Shown: piece by piece, positions 1 to 9,106 of the stretch | Layout of the letters: every line of letters starts with the position of its first letter | Numbering within the stretch: position 1 is the stretch's first letter | Assembly (NCBI GenBank): GCA_934660865.1 | Contig: CAKUIA010000008.1 | Location: 68,359 to 100,358, forward strand | Length of the DNA stretch: 32,000 nt | Reading direction: 5' to 3' | From: an uncultured Opitutales bacterium | GTDB lineage: Bacteria > Verrucomicrobiota > Verrucomicrobiia > Opitutales > Intestinicryptomonadaceae | Notes under the pieces: generated by a model | Seen by the model: only the letters and a program-made list of their open reading frames with translations | Told to the model about the DNA's origin: nothing | Databases searched by the model: none | Translations under genes and position numbers: made by a program

Positions 1-1331
1 TGAATGTCTTTTTCCATACCGACATCTATGGTTACCGCCATTTCAACATTCTTCATTTTGTCGGCAACAATGCGCTGCTGCTCTCTTACAACCGGCCAGT
101 TTGCCCTTGTAGAAAACGACGTCAGCTGCACAAAATAAAACGGCATATCCGGCTTATTCCAATACTTGCGCCAGGAGTCTATTAAGCGTTCGAACTTGCC
201 GGAAAACAGTGTCGGGTCTGCCGAGTCGCTTTCGCCCTGATACCACAAAAAGCCTTTTGCGGTATATCCCGCAATGGGGGCAACTTTTGCGTTGTACAAA
301 AACTGGGGCATTTCCTGCGGGCGCATCGGGCCTTCGACAAAAGGCTTGCGCGGGGCGTGTTTTGCGAATTTTTTGCCCGCCTTTTTTGCGGCCGCTTTTT
401 CGGCGTTAAACTTTTCCAACGCCTTTTTGTAGTTTGCCAAGGCCTTTTGGTAGTCGTAGTTTTTGGCCAGTTTATCGTATTCGGCAATCTGCTTGTCGAA
501 ACCGGCAACGCCTTTGGCGTCTTGCCTTTCAAGGAATGTTACCATTCTTGCCCCGCCCAACTCGGTTTCAACAATGCCTACGGGAACGTTAAATTCCTTC
601 ATGATTTTTTCGGCGAAAAAGAACGCCACCGCGCTAATGCCGCCCGCGGTTTTGGGGGTGCAAACCCTCCAGTTTGCGCCTTCGGGAACGTCGAACGCAG
701 GGGCGGTTTTAATTGCGTCGTACTTCATTATAAACGCCCTCATTAAGGGATAGTTTGCACGCGACATTGCCTCTTTTGCATTGTCGGTATCCCTTAAGGA
801 AAACTGCATATTCGACTGGCCGCCCGCGGTTTTGGGGGTGCAAACCCTCCAGTTTGCGCCTTCGGGAACGTCGAACGCAGGGGCGGTTTTAATTGCGTCG
901 TACTTCATTATAAACGCCCTCATTAAGGGATAGTTTGCACGCGACATTGCCTCTTTTGCATTGTCGGTATCCCTTAAGGAAAACTGCATATTCGACTGGC
1001 CGCCCGCTATCCAAACCTGGCCTACCAAAACATTCTTTATCGCCTTTTGCTCTACGCCGTTTTCGGATATGTGCATTACCCTGTCTTTGCAGTTGGGTTT
1101 CATTGCGGGCAAATACAGGCTCCATTTGCCAAATTCGTCGGCCTTAACGCTTTTTGAAATGTCGGCAAACTTTACCGCAACTTTTGCGTTGGGCAAAGCC
1201 TTGCCCCAAATTTTTACAGGCTCGCCGCACTGCAAAACCATATTGTCCGAAAAGATTTTCGGCATAGTTATTTCGGCATTAAGGGCAACTGCCGCCGCCA
1301 AGCCGAACAAAGCTAACATTGTCTTTTTCAT
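1..1331 (-). CDS. Sialate O-acetylesterase-like (SASA/DUF303-type) secreted esterase. The N-terminal ~443 codons are in the window and the C-terminus lies beyond the left edge. Carries an internal 60-aa tandem duplication.
   Basis: My own minus-strand translation from ATG 1331..1329 is stop-free to position 1. It is absent from the ORF track, presumably because it has no stop in the window. It starts MKKTMLALFGLAAAVALNAEITMPKIFSDNMVLQ (signal peptide). It contains the GQSNMQF catalytic-Ser block (twice), LGGARM, and GFLWYQGESD. It is collinear with the paralog at 1380..2963. Confidence 0.8.
   Translation of the reverse strand, partial: MKKTMLALFGLAAAVALNAEITMPKIFSDNMVLQCGEPVKIWGKALPNAKVAVKFADISKSVKADEFGKWSLYLPAMKPNCKDRVMHISENGVEQKAIKNVLVGQVWIAGGQSNMQFSLRDTDNAKEAMSRANYPLMRAFIMKYDAIKTAPAFDVPEGANWRVCTPKTAGGQSNMQFSLRDTDNAKEAMSRANYPLMRAFIMKYDAIKTAPAFDVPEGANWRVCTPKTAGGISAVAFFFAEKIMKEFNVPVGIVETELGGARMVTFLERQDAKGVAGFDKQIAEYDKLAKNYDYQKALANYKKALEKFNAEKAAAKKAGKKFAKHAPRKPFVEGPMRPQEMPQFLYNAKVAPIAGYTAKGFLWYQGESDSADPTLFSGKFERLIDSWRKYWNKPDMPFYFVQLTSFSTRANWPVVREQQRIVADKMKNVEMAVTIDVGMEKDI
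639..1007. repeat. Perfect 180-bp tandem duplication (copy 1 639..818, copy 2 819..998) plus a 9-bp junction microhomology GCCGCCCGC (999..1007 = 639..647).
   Basis: Base-by-base comparison shows 639..827 identical to 819..1007. The first mismatches are 638 vs 818 and 828 vs 1008. 180 nt equals 60 codons, so the host ORF stays in frame. Confidence 0.97.
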
Positions 1332-1379
1332 ACTAAACATAGGTATCTTTCTTATTAAAAAAATTGCAATATATAAATT

Positions 1380-2963
1380 CTATTCGCCGTCTTTGTTTGT
1401 AAAAGACATTACCGGCAGGCCGTCTTCGTTAAACAGGCAGGCGTCGGGAGCGGCCCAGCTTGTCCACAAATAGCGTACGCCCTCGACATCGTCGCCGTCT
1501 TTGCCTTTTACTATTACGGTGTTTGTCTTTTGGTCGAACGAAACGTCGCCGGCCTTTACCCATTTTTTGCCGTTAAACACTTCAAAGCCGCGCGGCTCGC
1601 CCTTTAGAACCATCTTTTTGCCGAACGAGTCGAACTTAATTGCAACCCTGTCGCCGCCGTATTCAAAGCTTTTAAATGCGGGACCGTAAACAACCAAATT
1701 CTTTTTGCCGTAAACTTCCTTTAAGGCGATATTTGCCGCTCTATAGCCTACGTCTATTTTGTTTTTCGGGTGAATGTCGAACTTTTCGCCCAAGTCGATA
1801 GTTACAACCATATAGGTATTTTTAACATGCTTTGCGGTGTTGTACTGCGCCCAGCGAACACCCTCCCACGGGGGACATTTCATTCTGTCGTTGTGGGCAT
1901 ACCACGAAGGCAGCTGCATAAATACAAAGGGCAGGTTTTCGTCGCCCCAATATTTGCGCCAGCCGTTTATTATTGCGGTAAGCTTTTCCTCGAAAACATT
2001 CGGGCCGTAGCCGTCGTCTTCGCCCTGATACCACAAAAAGCCCCTAAGCGCGTAGCCGCTTACGGGGGCTACGTTTGCGTTGTACAAATACCCAGGCATG
2101 CGCGTTACCCTGCCGCTGGCCAAGGGGTGCGGCTCTCTGGGAGGATATTTGTCGAAATGCTTGCCCGCCTTTTTTGCCTCGGCCTTTTCGGCGTTGTAGG
2201 CGGCAATGTCTTTCTTGAACTTTTCCTGAGCTTCTTTGTAGTTGTAGTCTTTGTTTTCCTTGTCGAATTTTTCCAAATCTTTGGCGTGGCTTTTTACGTT
2301 GTTTAAGTCTTCGCGCGCAATCCACGTAATCATTGCCGACCCGCCCAAAGCCGATTGAATAAGCCCTACGGGAACGCCCTTAAGCTCTTTTGTAAGCTTT
2401 TCGGCAAAGAAAAAGCCAACCGCGCTTTTGCCGCCAATATGGTCGGGGCATACAACTTCCCAATTAGAGCGTTCGGGGTTTACAAAATCCTTAAGCGGCT
2501 TTGTTGCCACCCTGCCCGCCGGGTGCATAAAAAACCTTATTTGCGGGTAGTTTGCGCGGGCGTTGGCCTCTTTGTAGTTGTCGGCGCCGCTAAGTCCGAA
2601 CTGCATGTTCGACTGCCCCGAAATAAACCAAACTTCGCCCACAAGAACTCCTCTTATTGTTTTGCCCTCTTTGCCGTTTTCGAACACCTGCATGGTTGCG
2701 GGCTTTGCGTTTATTTTTAGGGGTTTTAGATACAGCGACCATTCGCCGTTTTTGTCGGCGTTTGTAGAGACGTTTTGCCCCGCAAATTTTACCGAAACTT
2801 TTGCATTTGGCTGCGACTGCCCCCAAACTTTTACCTGTTTGCCGTTTTGCAGAACCATATTGTCGGAGAACAATTTGTTCATTTTTATTTCGGCATTAAG
2901 CGCAAACGCAAAAAGCGCGGCAAAAACCGCAACCGATGTTTTTAGGAATACTCTTTTGCTCAT
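1380..2963 (-). CDS. Sialate O-acetylesterase-like (SASA/DUF303-type) secreted esterase, 527 aa.
   Basis: Signal peptide MSKRVFLKTSVAVFAALFAFALNA. Motifs: GQSNMQF block, ALGGSAM, GFLWYQGEDD, DIHPKNKIDVG. Paralog of the gene at 1..1331; the two share a 24-nt identical stretch at 229..252 / 2019..2042, encoding WYQGE. Confidence 0.85.
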   Translation of the reverse strand: MSKRVFLKTSVAVFAALFAFALNAEIKMNKLFSDNMVLQNGKQVKVWGQSQPNAKVSVKFAGQNVSTNADKNGEWSLYLKPLKINAKPATMQVFENGKEGKTIRGVLVGEVWFISGQSNMQFGLSGADNYKEANARANYPQIRFFMHPAGRVATKPLKDFVNPERSNWEVVCPDHIGGKSAVGFFFAEKLTKELKGVPVGLIQSALGGSAMITWIAREDLNNVKSHAKDLEKFDKENKDYNYKEAQEKFKKDIAAYNAEKAEAKKAGKHFDKYPPREPHPLASGRVTRMPGYLYNANVAPVSGYALRGFLWYQGEDDGYGPNVFEEKLTAIINGWRKYWGDENLPFVFMQLPSWYAHNDRMKCPPWEGVRWAQYNTAKHVKNTYMVVTIDLGEKFDIHPKNKIDVGYRAANIALKEVYGKKNLVVYGPAFKSFEYGGDRVAIKFDSFGKKMVLKGEPRGFEVFNGKKWVKAGDVSFDQKTNTVIVKGKDGDDVEGVRYLWTSWAAPDACLFNEDGLPVMSFTNKDGE

Positions 2964-3136
2964 ATATACTTATATACTGTTGAGATTTTATAAAACGATA
3001 AAAAAGAATAGCCGCATTGCCCCTTCTTGTAAAGATTTTTCGCCCGCAACAAACTTGTGGACAATAAATAAACTTTTGTGTGGCAATTTTGCCGCAACTT
3101 TGTTTATATGATGGCATATTTTTATTATTTAAGAAG

Positions 3137-4234
3137 ATGAAAACGTTAAAATTCTCGGTATTGGCGGGCGACGGCATAGGCCCGGAGGTTATGGAACAGG
3201 CTTTGCGCGTTCTTAAATGCGCATGCGACAAGCACTCTATTGCTTTAGACTACACCAAGTGCGATGTTGGCGGGGCTGCAATAGACAGCCAGGGCGAAGC
3301 GTTGCCGAAATCTACGCTGGACGTCTGCCACAATTCCGACGCAATTCTTTTCGGCTCGGTAGGCGGCCCGAAGTGGGAACACCTGCCCCCCAAGCAGCAA
3401 CCCGAAAGGGCTGCATTGTTGCCGATCCGCAAAGAGTTCAAGCTTTTTGCTAATTTGCGCCCCGGCCTGTTGTATAGGGAAATTACCGCAGCAAGCCCCC
3501 TTAAAAGCGAGCGCATACCCGAAGGTATCGACATTGTCTGCATAAGGGAACTTACCGGCGGCATATATTTCGGCGACAAGCAGACAAAAACCTTGCCCGA
3601 CGGCGACATTTACGCGAGCGACACAATGGCCTATAAAAAGAGCGAAATAGAGCGCATTGCCGAAGTTGCGGCGCAAACCGCAATGAAGCGCACAAAGCGC
3701 GTATGCTCGGTAGACAAGGCAAACGTTTTGGAAACCTCGGTTTTGTGGAGAAACACGGTTAAGGAATTTTTCGAAAAGAAATATCCGCAAATAGAGCTTT
3801 CGCACCTTTATGTAGACAACGCCGCAATGCAGCTGGCAAGAGACCCGAACCAGTTCGACGTTCTCTTTACCGAAAATATGTTCGGCGACATTCTTTCCGA
3901 CGAAATGGCAATCATCTGCGGCTCGATGGGCATGCTGTGCTCGGCGTCGCTGGGCGTTGCCGAAAATTCGAAGGGCTTTAAGTTCGGGCTATACGAACCC
4001 GCGGGCGGCTCGGCCCCCGACATTGCGGGCAAAGGCATTGCCAACCCCTGCGCGCAAATATTAAGCGCGGCCCTTATGTTGCGCCATTCTTTCGGCGAAG
4101 ACGAAATTGCAGCCCAAATAGAAAGCGCCGTTAAAAGGGCGGTTTGCGAGGGCGTGCGCACAATAGACATCGCATTCGGCGGCAAATCGGTTTCCACAAA
4201 GGAAATGGCCGACGAAATCATTAAAAGGCTTTAA
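3137..4234 (+). CDS. leuB: 3-isopropylmalate dehydrogenase.
   Basis: MKTLKFSVLAGDGIGPEV..., GSVGGPKW, NLRP, and SAPDIAGKGIANP are typical of IPMDH. I place the start at ATG 3137 (AAGAAG just upstream) rather than the ORF-track start 3080, whose extra 19 aa are hydrophobic junk. Confidence 0.9.
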   Translation: MKTLKFSVLAGDGIGPEVMEQALRVLKCACDKHSIALDYTKCDVGGAAIDSQGEALPKSTLDVCHNSDAILFGSVGGPKWEHLPPKQQPERAALLPIRKEFKLFANLRPGLLYREITAASPLKSERIPEGIDIVCIRELTGGIYFGDKQTKTLPDGDIYASDTMAYKKSEIERIAEVAAQTAMKRTKRVCSVDKANVLETSVLWRNTVKEFFEKKYPQIELSHLYVDNAAMQLARDPNQFDVLFTENMFGDILSDEMAIICGSMGMLCSASLGVAENSKGFKFGLYEPAGGSAPDIAGKGIANPCAQILSAALMLRHSFGEDEIAAQIESAVKRAVCEGVRTIDIAFGGKSVSTKEMADEIIKRL

Positions 4235-4249
4235 TAACTTTTACAGTGT

Positions 4250-6907
4250 ATGACCTCCCTTGAAATAAGAAAAAGCTTTCTCGAATTCTTCAAGAACAAG
4301 CACCATTCGATAGTGCCGTCGGCGTCGTTAATGCCCACGTCGCCGAATCTGCTGTTCACCAACGCGGGAATGAACCAGTTTGTTCCCTACTTTTTGGGCG
4401 AAGCGCAATCTCCGTTTGCAAGGGCGGCCGACACTCAAAAGTGCATACGCGCGGGCGGCAAGCACAACGACCTCGAAGACGTCGGTTTCGACACCTACCA
4501 CCACACCTTCTTCGAAATGCTGGGCAACTGGTCTTTCGGCGACTACTTTAAAAAAGAGGCCATACAGTGGGCGTGGGAGCTTTTGGTAGACGTATGGAAA
4601 TTCCCCAAAGAAAGGCTGTATGCCACGGTATACAAACCCTCCGAGGGCGAGCCGGCCTCTTTCGACGAGGAAGCCTACAATATTTGGAAGGGCGTTTTCG
4701 AAAAAGAGGGAATGGACCCGCTTGTTCACATAAAGTTTGGCGGCAAAAAAGACAACTTTTGGATGATGGGCGAAACGGGCCCCTGCGGCCCTTGCTCGGA
4801 ACTGCATATAGACCTTACCGAAAACGGCGACACAAAAGGCGAACTTGTAAACAAAGACTCGCCCCTTTGCATAGAAATTTGGAACTTGGTGTTTATGCAG
4901 TTTAACGCCCAGCCCGACGGGTCGTTTGTTCCGCTAAAAAACAAGAACATAGACACGGGCATGGGGCTTGAGCGCGTTGCCGGCATTATGGCAAGCACCA
5001 ACAATTTTAGCGACTTTTCGAAGCTAAGCTCGAACTACAATAGCGACTTGTTTACCGACATTTTCACCCACATTTCGGCAATGTCGGGCAAAACATACAA
5101 GGGAACGGTACCCTCTTCGCGCGACGACATGTCGGCGCAGGAGCTTATCGACTGCGTATTTAGGGTGCTTTCCGACCACATAAGAACGCTGTCGTTTTCG
5201 ATTGCCGACGGCATTTTGCCCGGCAACGAGGGACGCAACTACGTTCTAAGGCGCATTTTAAGAAGGGCGGTTATGTATTCAAAGCGCATTGGCCTGCCCG
5301 CCGGGTCTTTCACCAAATTGGCGGCCCCGCTAATAGCAAAAATGGGCCCCATTTTCCCCGAGCTTGAAGAGCAAAAAAAGCTTATTGTAAACATAATAGA
5401 CTCCGAAGAAAAATCGTTTGAAAGAACTTTGGACAGGGGCTTGGCGTTGCTCGACAACATTACCGAAACCCAAAAGCGCATTACGGGCGAGCAGGCATTT
5501 GTTTTGTACGACACATACGGCTTCCCGCTGGACCTTACCGAGCTTATAGCACGCGAACGCGCCATGCAGGTAGACGTTAAGGGTTTTGAAGCTGCAATGG
5601 AAAAGCAGCGCCAAAAAGCCAGAAGCGCGCAAAAGAAGTCTATAATAAGCGTTGCCGACACAAAAGACCTTGCAAACACGACGCAGTTTGTAGGCTACAA
5701 CATTGCAAACCTTACCGACTTTGAAACGACAATCAGCGCAATTATAGAGGGCAAAGACTGCGACTTTTTGATTTTCCCGCAAACGCCGTTTTACGCCGAA
5801 AAAGGCGGCCAGGTTGCGGACACGGGCTTTGTGGAAATAGACGGCACTGCGCGCGAAATTTTCGACACCAAAGCCGACGCCGCCGGCCACATTTTGCACA
5901 GCGTGCGCAAGGGCGTTTTCAACGCCTCGCACATAGGCAAAAAGGTGCTTCTTAATGTGGACAAGCAAAAGAGGTTTGCAATTCAGCGCCACCACAGCGC
6001 AACCCACGTTTTGCACTGGGCGCTAAGAAGGGTTTTGGGCAAGCATGTTCGCCAGGCGGGCTCTTATGTAGACGCCGAAAGATTAAGATTCGACTTTTCG
6101 CACTACGAAGCCCCCACAAAAGAACAGCTTAAAGAGGTTGAAGCCCTGGCCAACGCCAAGATTTTGGAAAACGCGCCCGTTAAGTGGTTCGAAGTTCCCT
6201 ACAAGGAAATACCCGAAGGCTGTTTGGCTTTCTTCGGCGAAAAATACGGCCTTATTGTAAGGGTTGTAAAAATGGGCGACTTTCACGCCGAGCTTTGCGG
6301 CGGAACGCACGTTTCGGGCTTGGGCGAAATCGGCCTTATAAAGATTTGCGGCGAGGGCGCAATTTCGGCGGGCACGCGCAGGCTTGAAGCCGTTGCGGGC
6401 ACGGTGGCGCTAAGGCAGTTCGAAGACCTGCAAAAGTCGGCTTCGGCAATTTCGCAAAAGCTTTCGTGCAAAGCCAACGAGCTTGAGCAGGCGGTAGACA
6501 AGCTTATAGCCCAAAAAGACCAGCTTGAAAGCCAACTAAAGCAGTTTAAGCTGCAAAACGCGGGCAACGAGGCAAAAGAACTGGCAAAAAAAGCCGTCGA
6601 AAAAGACGGCATTAGCTATGTTGTAGCCAAAGTTTCGGCCTCGGGCAACGACCTAAGGCAGCTTGCCGTAAAAACCGCAAAAGAGCTTAAGGAATCGGCC
6701 ATAGTTTTGCTTTCGAAAAACGGCGAAAAGGCGGCCGTGTTGGCAATGCTTTCGCAGGGCGCTTTAGACAAGGGCCTTAAGGCGGGCGACATTGTAAAAA
6801 ACATTTGCGCAATGCTCGAAGGCAAAGGCGGCGGCAAGCCCGACTTTGCAATGGGCGGCGGCAAGGCCTCGCTTATAGACAAAGCCATTGCCGACTTTAA
6901 AATATAA
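4250..6907 (+). CDS. alaS: Alanine--tRNA ligase, 885 aa.
   Basis: FTNAGMNQF, the class II core, the editing-domain HxxxH (HHSATHVLHWAL) and CGGTHV, a C-terminal coiled coil and a DHHA1-like end GGGKPDFAMGGG. Confidence 0.97.
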   Translation: MTSLEIRKSFLEFFKNKHHSIVPSASLMPTSPNLLFTNAGMNQFVPYFLGEAQSPFARAADTQKCIRAGGKHNDLEDVGFDTYHHTFFEMLGNWSFGDYFKKEAIQWAWELLVDVWKFPKERLYATVYKPSEGEPASFDEEAYNIWKGVFEKEGMDPLVHIKFGGKKDNFWMMGETGPCGPCSELHIDLTENGDTKGELVNKDSPLCIEIWNLVFMQFNAQPDGSFVPLKNKNIDTGMGLERVAGIMASTNNFSDFSKLSSNYNSDLFTDIFTHISAMSGKTYKGTVPSSRDDMSAQELIDCVFRVLSDHIRTLSFSIADGILPGNEGRNYVLRRILRRAVMYSKRIGLPAGSFTKLAAPLIAKMGPIFPELEEQKKLIVNIIDSEEKSFERTLDRGLALLDNITETQKRITGEQAFVLYDTYGFPLDLTELIARERAMQVDVKGFEAAMEKQRQKARSAQKKSIISVADTKDLANTTQFVGYNIANLTDFETTISAIIEGKDCDFLIFPQTPFYAEKGGQVADTGFVEIDGTAREIFDTKADAAGHILHSVRKGVFNASHIGKKVLLNVDKQKRFAIQRHHSATHVLHWALRRVLGKHVRQAGSYVDAERLRFDFSHYEAPTKEQLKEVEALANAKILENAPVKWFEVPYKEIPEGCLAFFGEKYGLIVRVVKMGDFHAELCGGTHVSGLGEIGLIKICGEGAISAGTRRLEAVAGTVALRQFEDLQKSASAISQKLSCKANELEQAVDKLIAQKDQLESQLKQFKLQNAGNEAKELAKKAVEKDGISYVVAKVSASGNDLRQLAVKTAKELKESAIVLLSKNGEKAAVLAMLSQGALDKGLKAGDIVKNICAMLEGKGGGKPDFAMGGGKASLIDKAIADFKI

Positions 6908-6947
6908 AAGGCTGCGCTTTTAAAAACTTAAAGCGCATATAAATGGA

Positions 6948-6987
6948 AATCCCGAATTTGAATTTCTCCAAATTCGGGATTTTTTTT
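6948..6987. terminator. Rho-independent terminator between convergent alaS and the thioredoxin-like gene.
   Basis: Stem AATCCCGAATTTG (6948..6960) pairs with CAAATTCGGGATT (6969..6981), followed by a T-run to 6987. A second 8-bp hairpin, TGCGCTTT/AAAGCGCA, lies at 6913..6937. Confidence 0.7.
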
Positions 6988-7024
6988 AGTTTCGCCAATA
7001 TTAAGCCGTGTATATAAAAATCGA

Positions 7025-7579
7025 TTATTTAGACTTTTCCTTGAAAACCTCTATTTGCTCGATAAACCCTTCGGGCGTTTGAGACGGAACGCCCAAAAGC
7101 TTTTCTGCCTTTTTGGTTTTGGGGTTTATTAGAACTATTGTGGGAAACCCCTCTATTTGCAGCTGCTCCATTAAAGCCGCATGCTGCTTTGCAAATTCCT
7201 TGGATTTGGGCGCGCGGTTTTCGTCCCAATCGGAAAAGACATATACCAGCTTTTCGTTTGCGTATTTTTTAAATTCTTTGGTGTCTATAACAAACTTGTG
7301 CAGCGCCTTGCACGGCATACACCAGTCGGAACCCGAAAAATGCAGCATTAAAATTTTGCCCTCTTTTTCGGCATCGGCAAAGGCTTTGTCGAAATCCTCG
7401 CGCACCTTCAATTCCGCCCTTTCGCCCGCCCTTTCGGCCTTGGCAATGTCGGCTTTTACGCTCTGTTGCACGCTAGCTACAGGTTCGGGTTTTCCATTAC
7501 AGGCGCCCTTTTCGCAGCACGCCGAAAACAAGTTCAAGGCAAAACCCATAACCGCAATCGAAAATATAATCTTTTTCAT
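7025..7579 (-). CDS. Thioredoxin-fold lipoprotein (periplasmic thiol:disulfide oxidoreductase-like).
   Basis: Lipobox LNLFSAC, the CxxC active site in SGSDWCMPCKAL, and a GFPT cis-Pro loop. Confidence 0.75.
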   Translation of the reverse strand: MKKIIFSIAVMGFALNLFSACCEKGACNGKPEPVASVQQSVKADIAKAERAGERAELKVREDFDKAFADAEKEGKILMLHFSGSDWCMPCKALHKFVIDTKEFKKYANEKLVYVFSDWDENRAPKSKEFAKQHAALMEQLQIEGFPTIVLINPKTKKAEKLLGVPSQTPEGFIEQIEVFKEKSK

Positions 7580-7624
7580 TTTTTCCTTTCGTTTGCCTAA
7601 GCTATCGTAACAAAAAAGCGCAAA

Positions 7625-8035
7625 TTAAGGCTTTGTATATTCGGCGACAACTTTAATGGCTATGCCGCCCCTCGAATTAAATTCGCCTATAACCGTGCAA
7701 AAGCGCGGGCTTAGCGCCTTTACCAAGTCGTTTAAAATCACGTTTGTAAGGTGTTCGTGAAAACACCCCTCGTTGCGGAAAGACCACAAATAAAGCTTTA
7801 GCGATTTGCTTTCTACAATCTTTTGGTCGGGAATATATTTTATTGTTATCTTTGCAAAATCGGGCTGGCCCGTTGCGGGGCACAAACACGTAAATTCCGA
7901 CGTTGTAAGCTCTATGGTATAGTCTCTTTCGGGATTTTTATTGGGAAATGTTTCGAGCTTTTTGGAGGGTTTGTTTTTGTGCATACCCAGCAATGTAAGC
8001 CCTTTTAAGTCTTTTTTTTCGGTTTTGTTTGCCAT
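7625..8035 (-). CDS. queF: NADPH-dependent 7-cyano-7-deazaguanine (preQ0) reductase, unimodular type.
   Basis: Catalytic Cys in FTCLCPATGQPDF and the QueF motif ESKSLKLYLWSFRNEGCFHE. Confidence 0.9.
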   Translation of the reverse strand: MANKTEKKDLKGLTLLGMHKNKPSKKLETFPNKNPERDYTIELTTSEFTCLCPATGQPDFAKITIKYIPDQKIVESKSLKLYLWSFRNEGCFHEHLTNVILNDLVKALSPRFCTVIGEFNSRGGIAIKVVAEYTKP

Positions 8036-8041
8036 TGTTTT

Positions 8042-8650
8042 TTATTTTGCGTTAAAGAGTTTGTGAAGTTGCCAGCCTGCCCTGAATTTGCCGCCCTTTT
8101 GCACCACAAAGTCTGAAATTGCATTTAGCAGCGCCTTGTCGTTCGATTTCGAAGCCTCACAATGCAGCCAATAAGCCTTTGCATTTGCAGTTAACTTTGC
8201 AAAATTTTCGTATTCGAGCAATTCCGAAATGCCTGAAACTATAAATTTTACCTCGTTTGCCGACTCCAAAAAACGCCGCTTTACGGGTTTGCCCAATTTC
8301 GGGCTAAGGGTTATCCAGTCGAAATCGGCAAGGCTTTCGCAAAAGCCGCTTGTTTCCAAATGCGTTTTTACGTTGGCGCTTTTTAGGGCGCTTGCCAATT
8401 CGCGCAAATCCTGCGCGCAGGGTTCGCCGCCCGTTATAACGGCAAAGTTTGCATGCGAATCTTTGGCCCTTTGCGCAAGCTCTTCGGCTTCGGCGTAAAA
8501 GACATCGGCCGATGTATCCCAGGCATATTTTGTGTCGCACCAGGCGCATTTAACGGGGCAGCCGAAAAGCCTTATAAAATAGGCCTTTTGCCCCGCAAAA
8601 CACCCCTCGCCCTGAAAGGACAAAAACTCCTCGCTTACAACGTATTTCAT
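8042..8650 (-). CDS. queE: 7-carboxy-7-deazaguanine synthase (radical SAM).
   Basis: FxSxQGEG N-terminus (FLSFQGEG), a CPVKCAWC Cx3Cx2C cluster, and VITGGEP. Confidence 0.9.
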   Translation of the reverse strand: MKYVVSEEFLSFQGEGCFAGQKAYFIRLFGCPVKCAWCDTKYAWDTSADVFYAEAEELAQRAKDSHANFAVITGGEPCAQDLRELASALKSANVKTHLETSGFCESLADFDWITLSPKLGKPVKRRFLESANEVKFIVSGISELLEYENFAKLTANAKAYWLHCEASKSNDKALLNAISDFVVQKGGKFRAGWQLHKLFNAK

Positions 8651-9078
8651 TTTTCGCTATAGCGCGCCGTGTTCTTTTCGTCTTCGCTTACGCTAATGCA
8701 GTCTACAAAAGCCCTGTTGTTCGTCTTTTGGCGCACAAGGGCATCGAACACAAAAAACAGGTGCTTTGCCAAACCCTCGCACGAGCACGATTCCACAAAA
8801 TAGGGTTTATACACCTCCGGGCACGCCGAAATTATTTTGTCTTTTAAAGGGTCGCTTTTCGACAGGACAATGGCGTGGTCGAGATTTTCCGAAATCCAGT
8901 CTTTTATAAAGCCGAGCTTGCCGAAATCCACAACAAAGTCGTTCTCGTCGGTGTTGGTGCAGCCGAAGGTTATGGAAATACCCCAGTTGTGTCCGTGCAC
9001 AAACGAGCAGTGCCCGTCGTGCAAATGTTGGCGGTGGGCAAACGGAATGCCGGCGTATGTTTTTGTGCAGGTAATCAT
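8647..9078 (-). CDS. queD: 6-carboxy-5,6,7,8-tetrahydropterin synthase.
   Basis: FAHRQHLHDGHCSFVHGHNW (Cys plus HGH zinc motif). A 4-nt overlap with queE indicates translational coupling. Confidence 0.9.
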   Translation of the reverse strand: MITCTKTYAGIPFAHRQHLHDGHCSFVHGHNWGISITFGCTNTDENDFVVDFGKLGFIKDWISENLDHAIVLSKSDPLKDKIISACPEVYKPYFVESCSCEGLAKHLFFVFDALVRQKTNNRAFVDCISVSEDEKNTARYSEK

Positions 9079-9106
9079 TTTACTGTTATATGCTTTTGTT
9101 TATCGG

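Noticed and set aside
639-1007. Whether the 180-bp repeat is a CRISPR-like array, an IS terminal repeat or a MITE.
   Set aside because: There are only two directly abutting copies with no spacers. The repeat lies in frame inside a coding region and is homologous in single copy to the neighbouring paralog. It is a simple segmental duplication.
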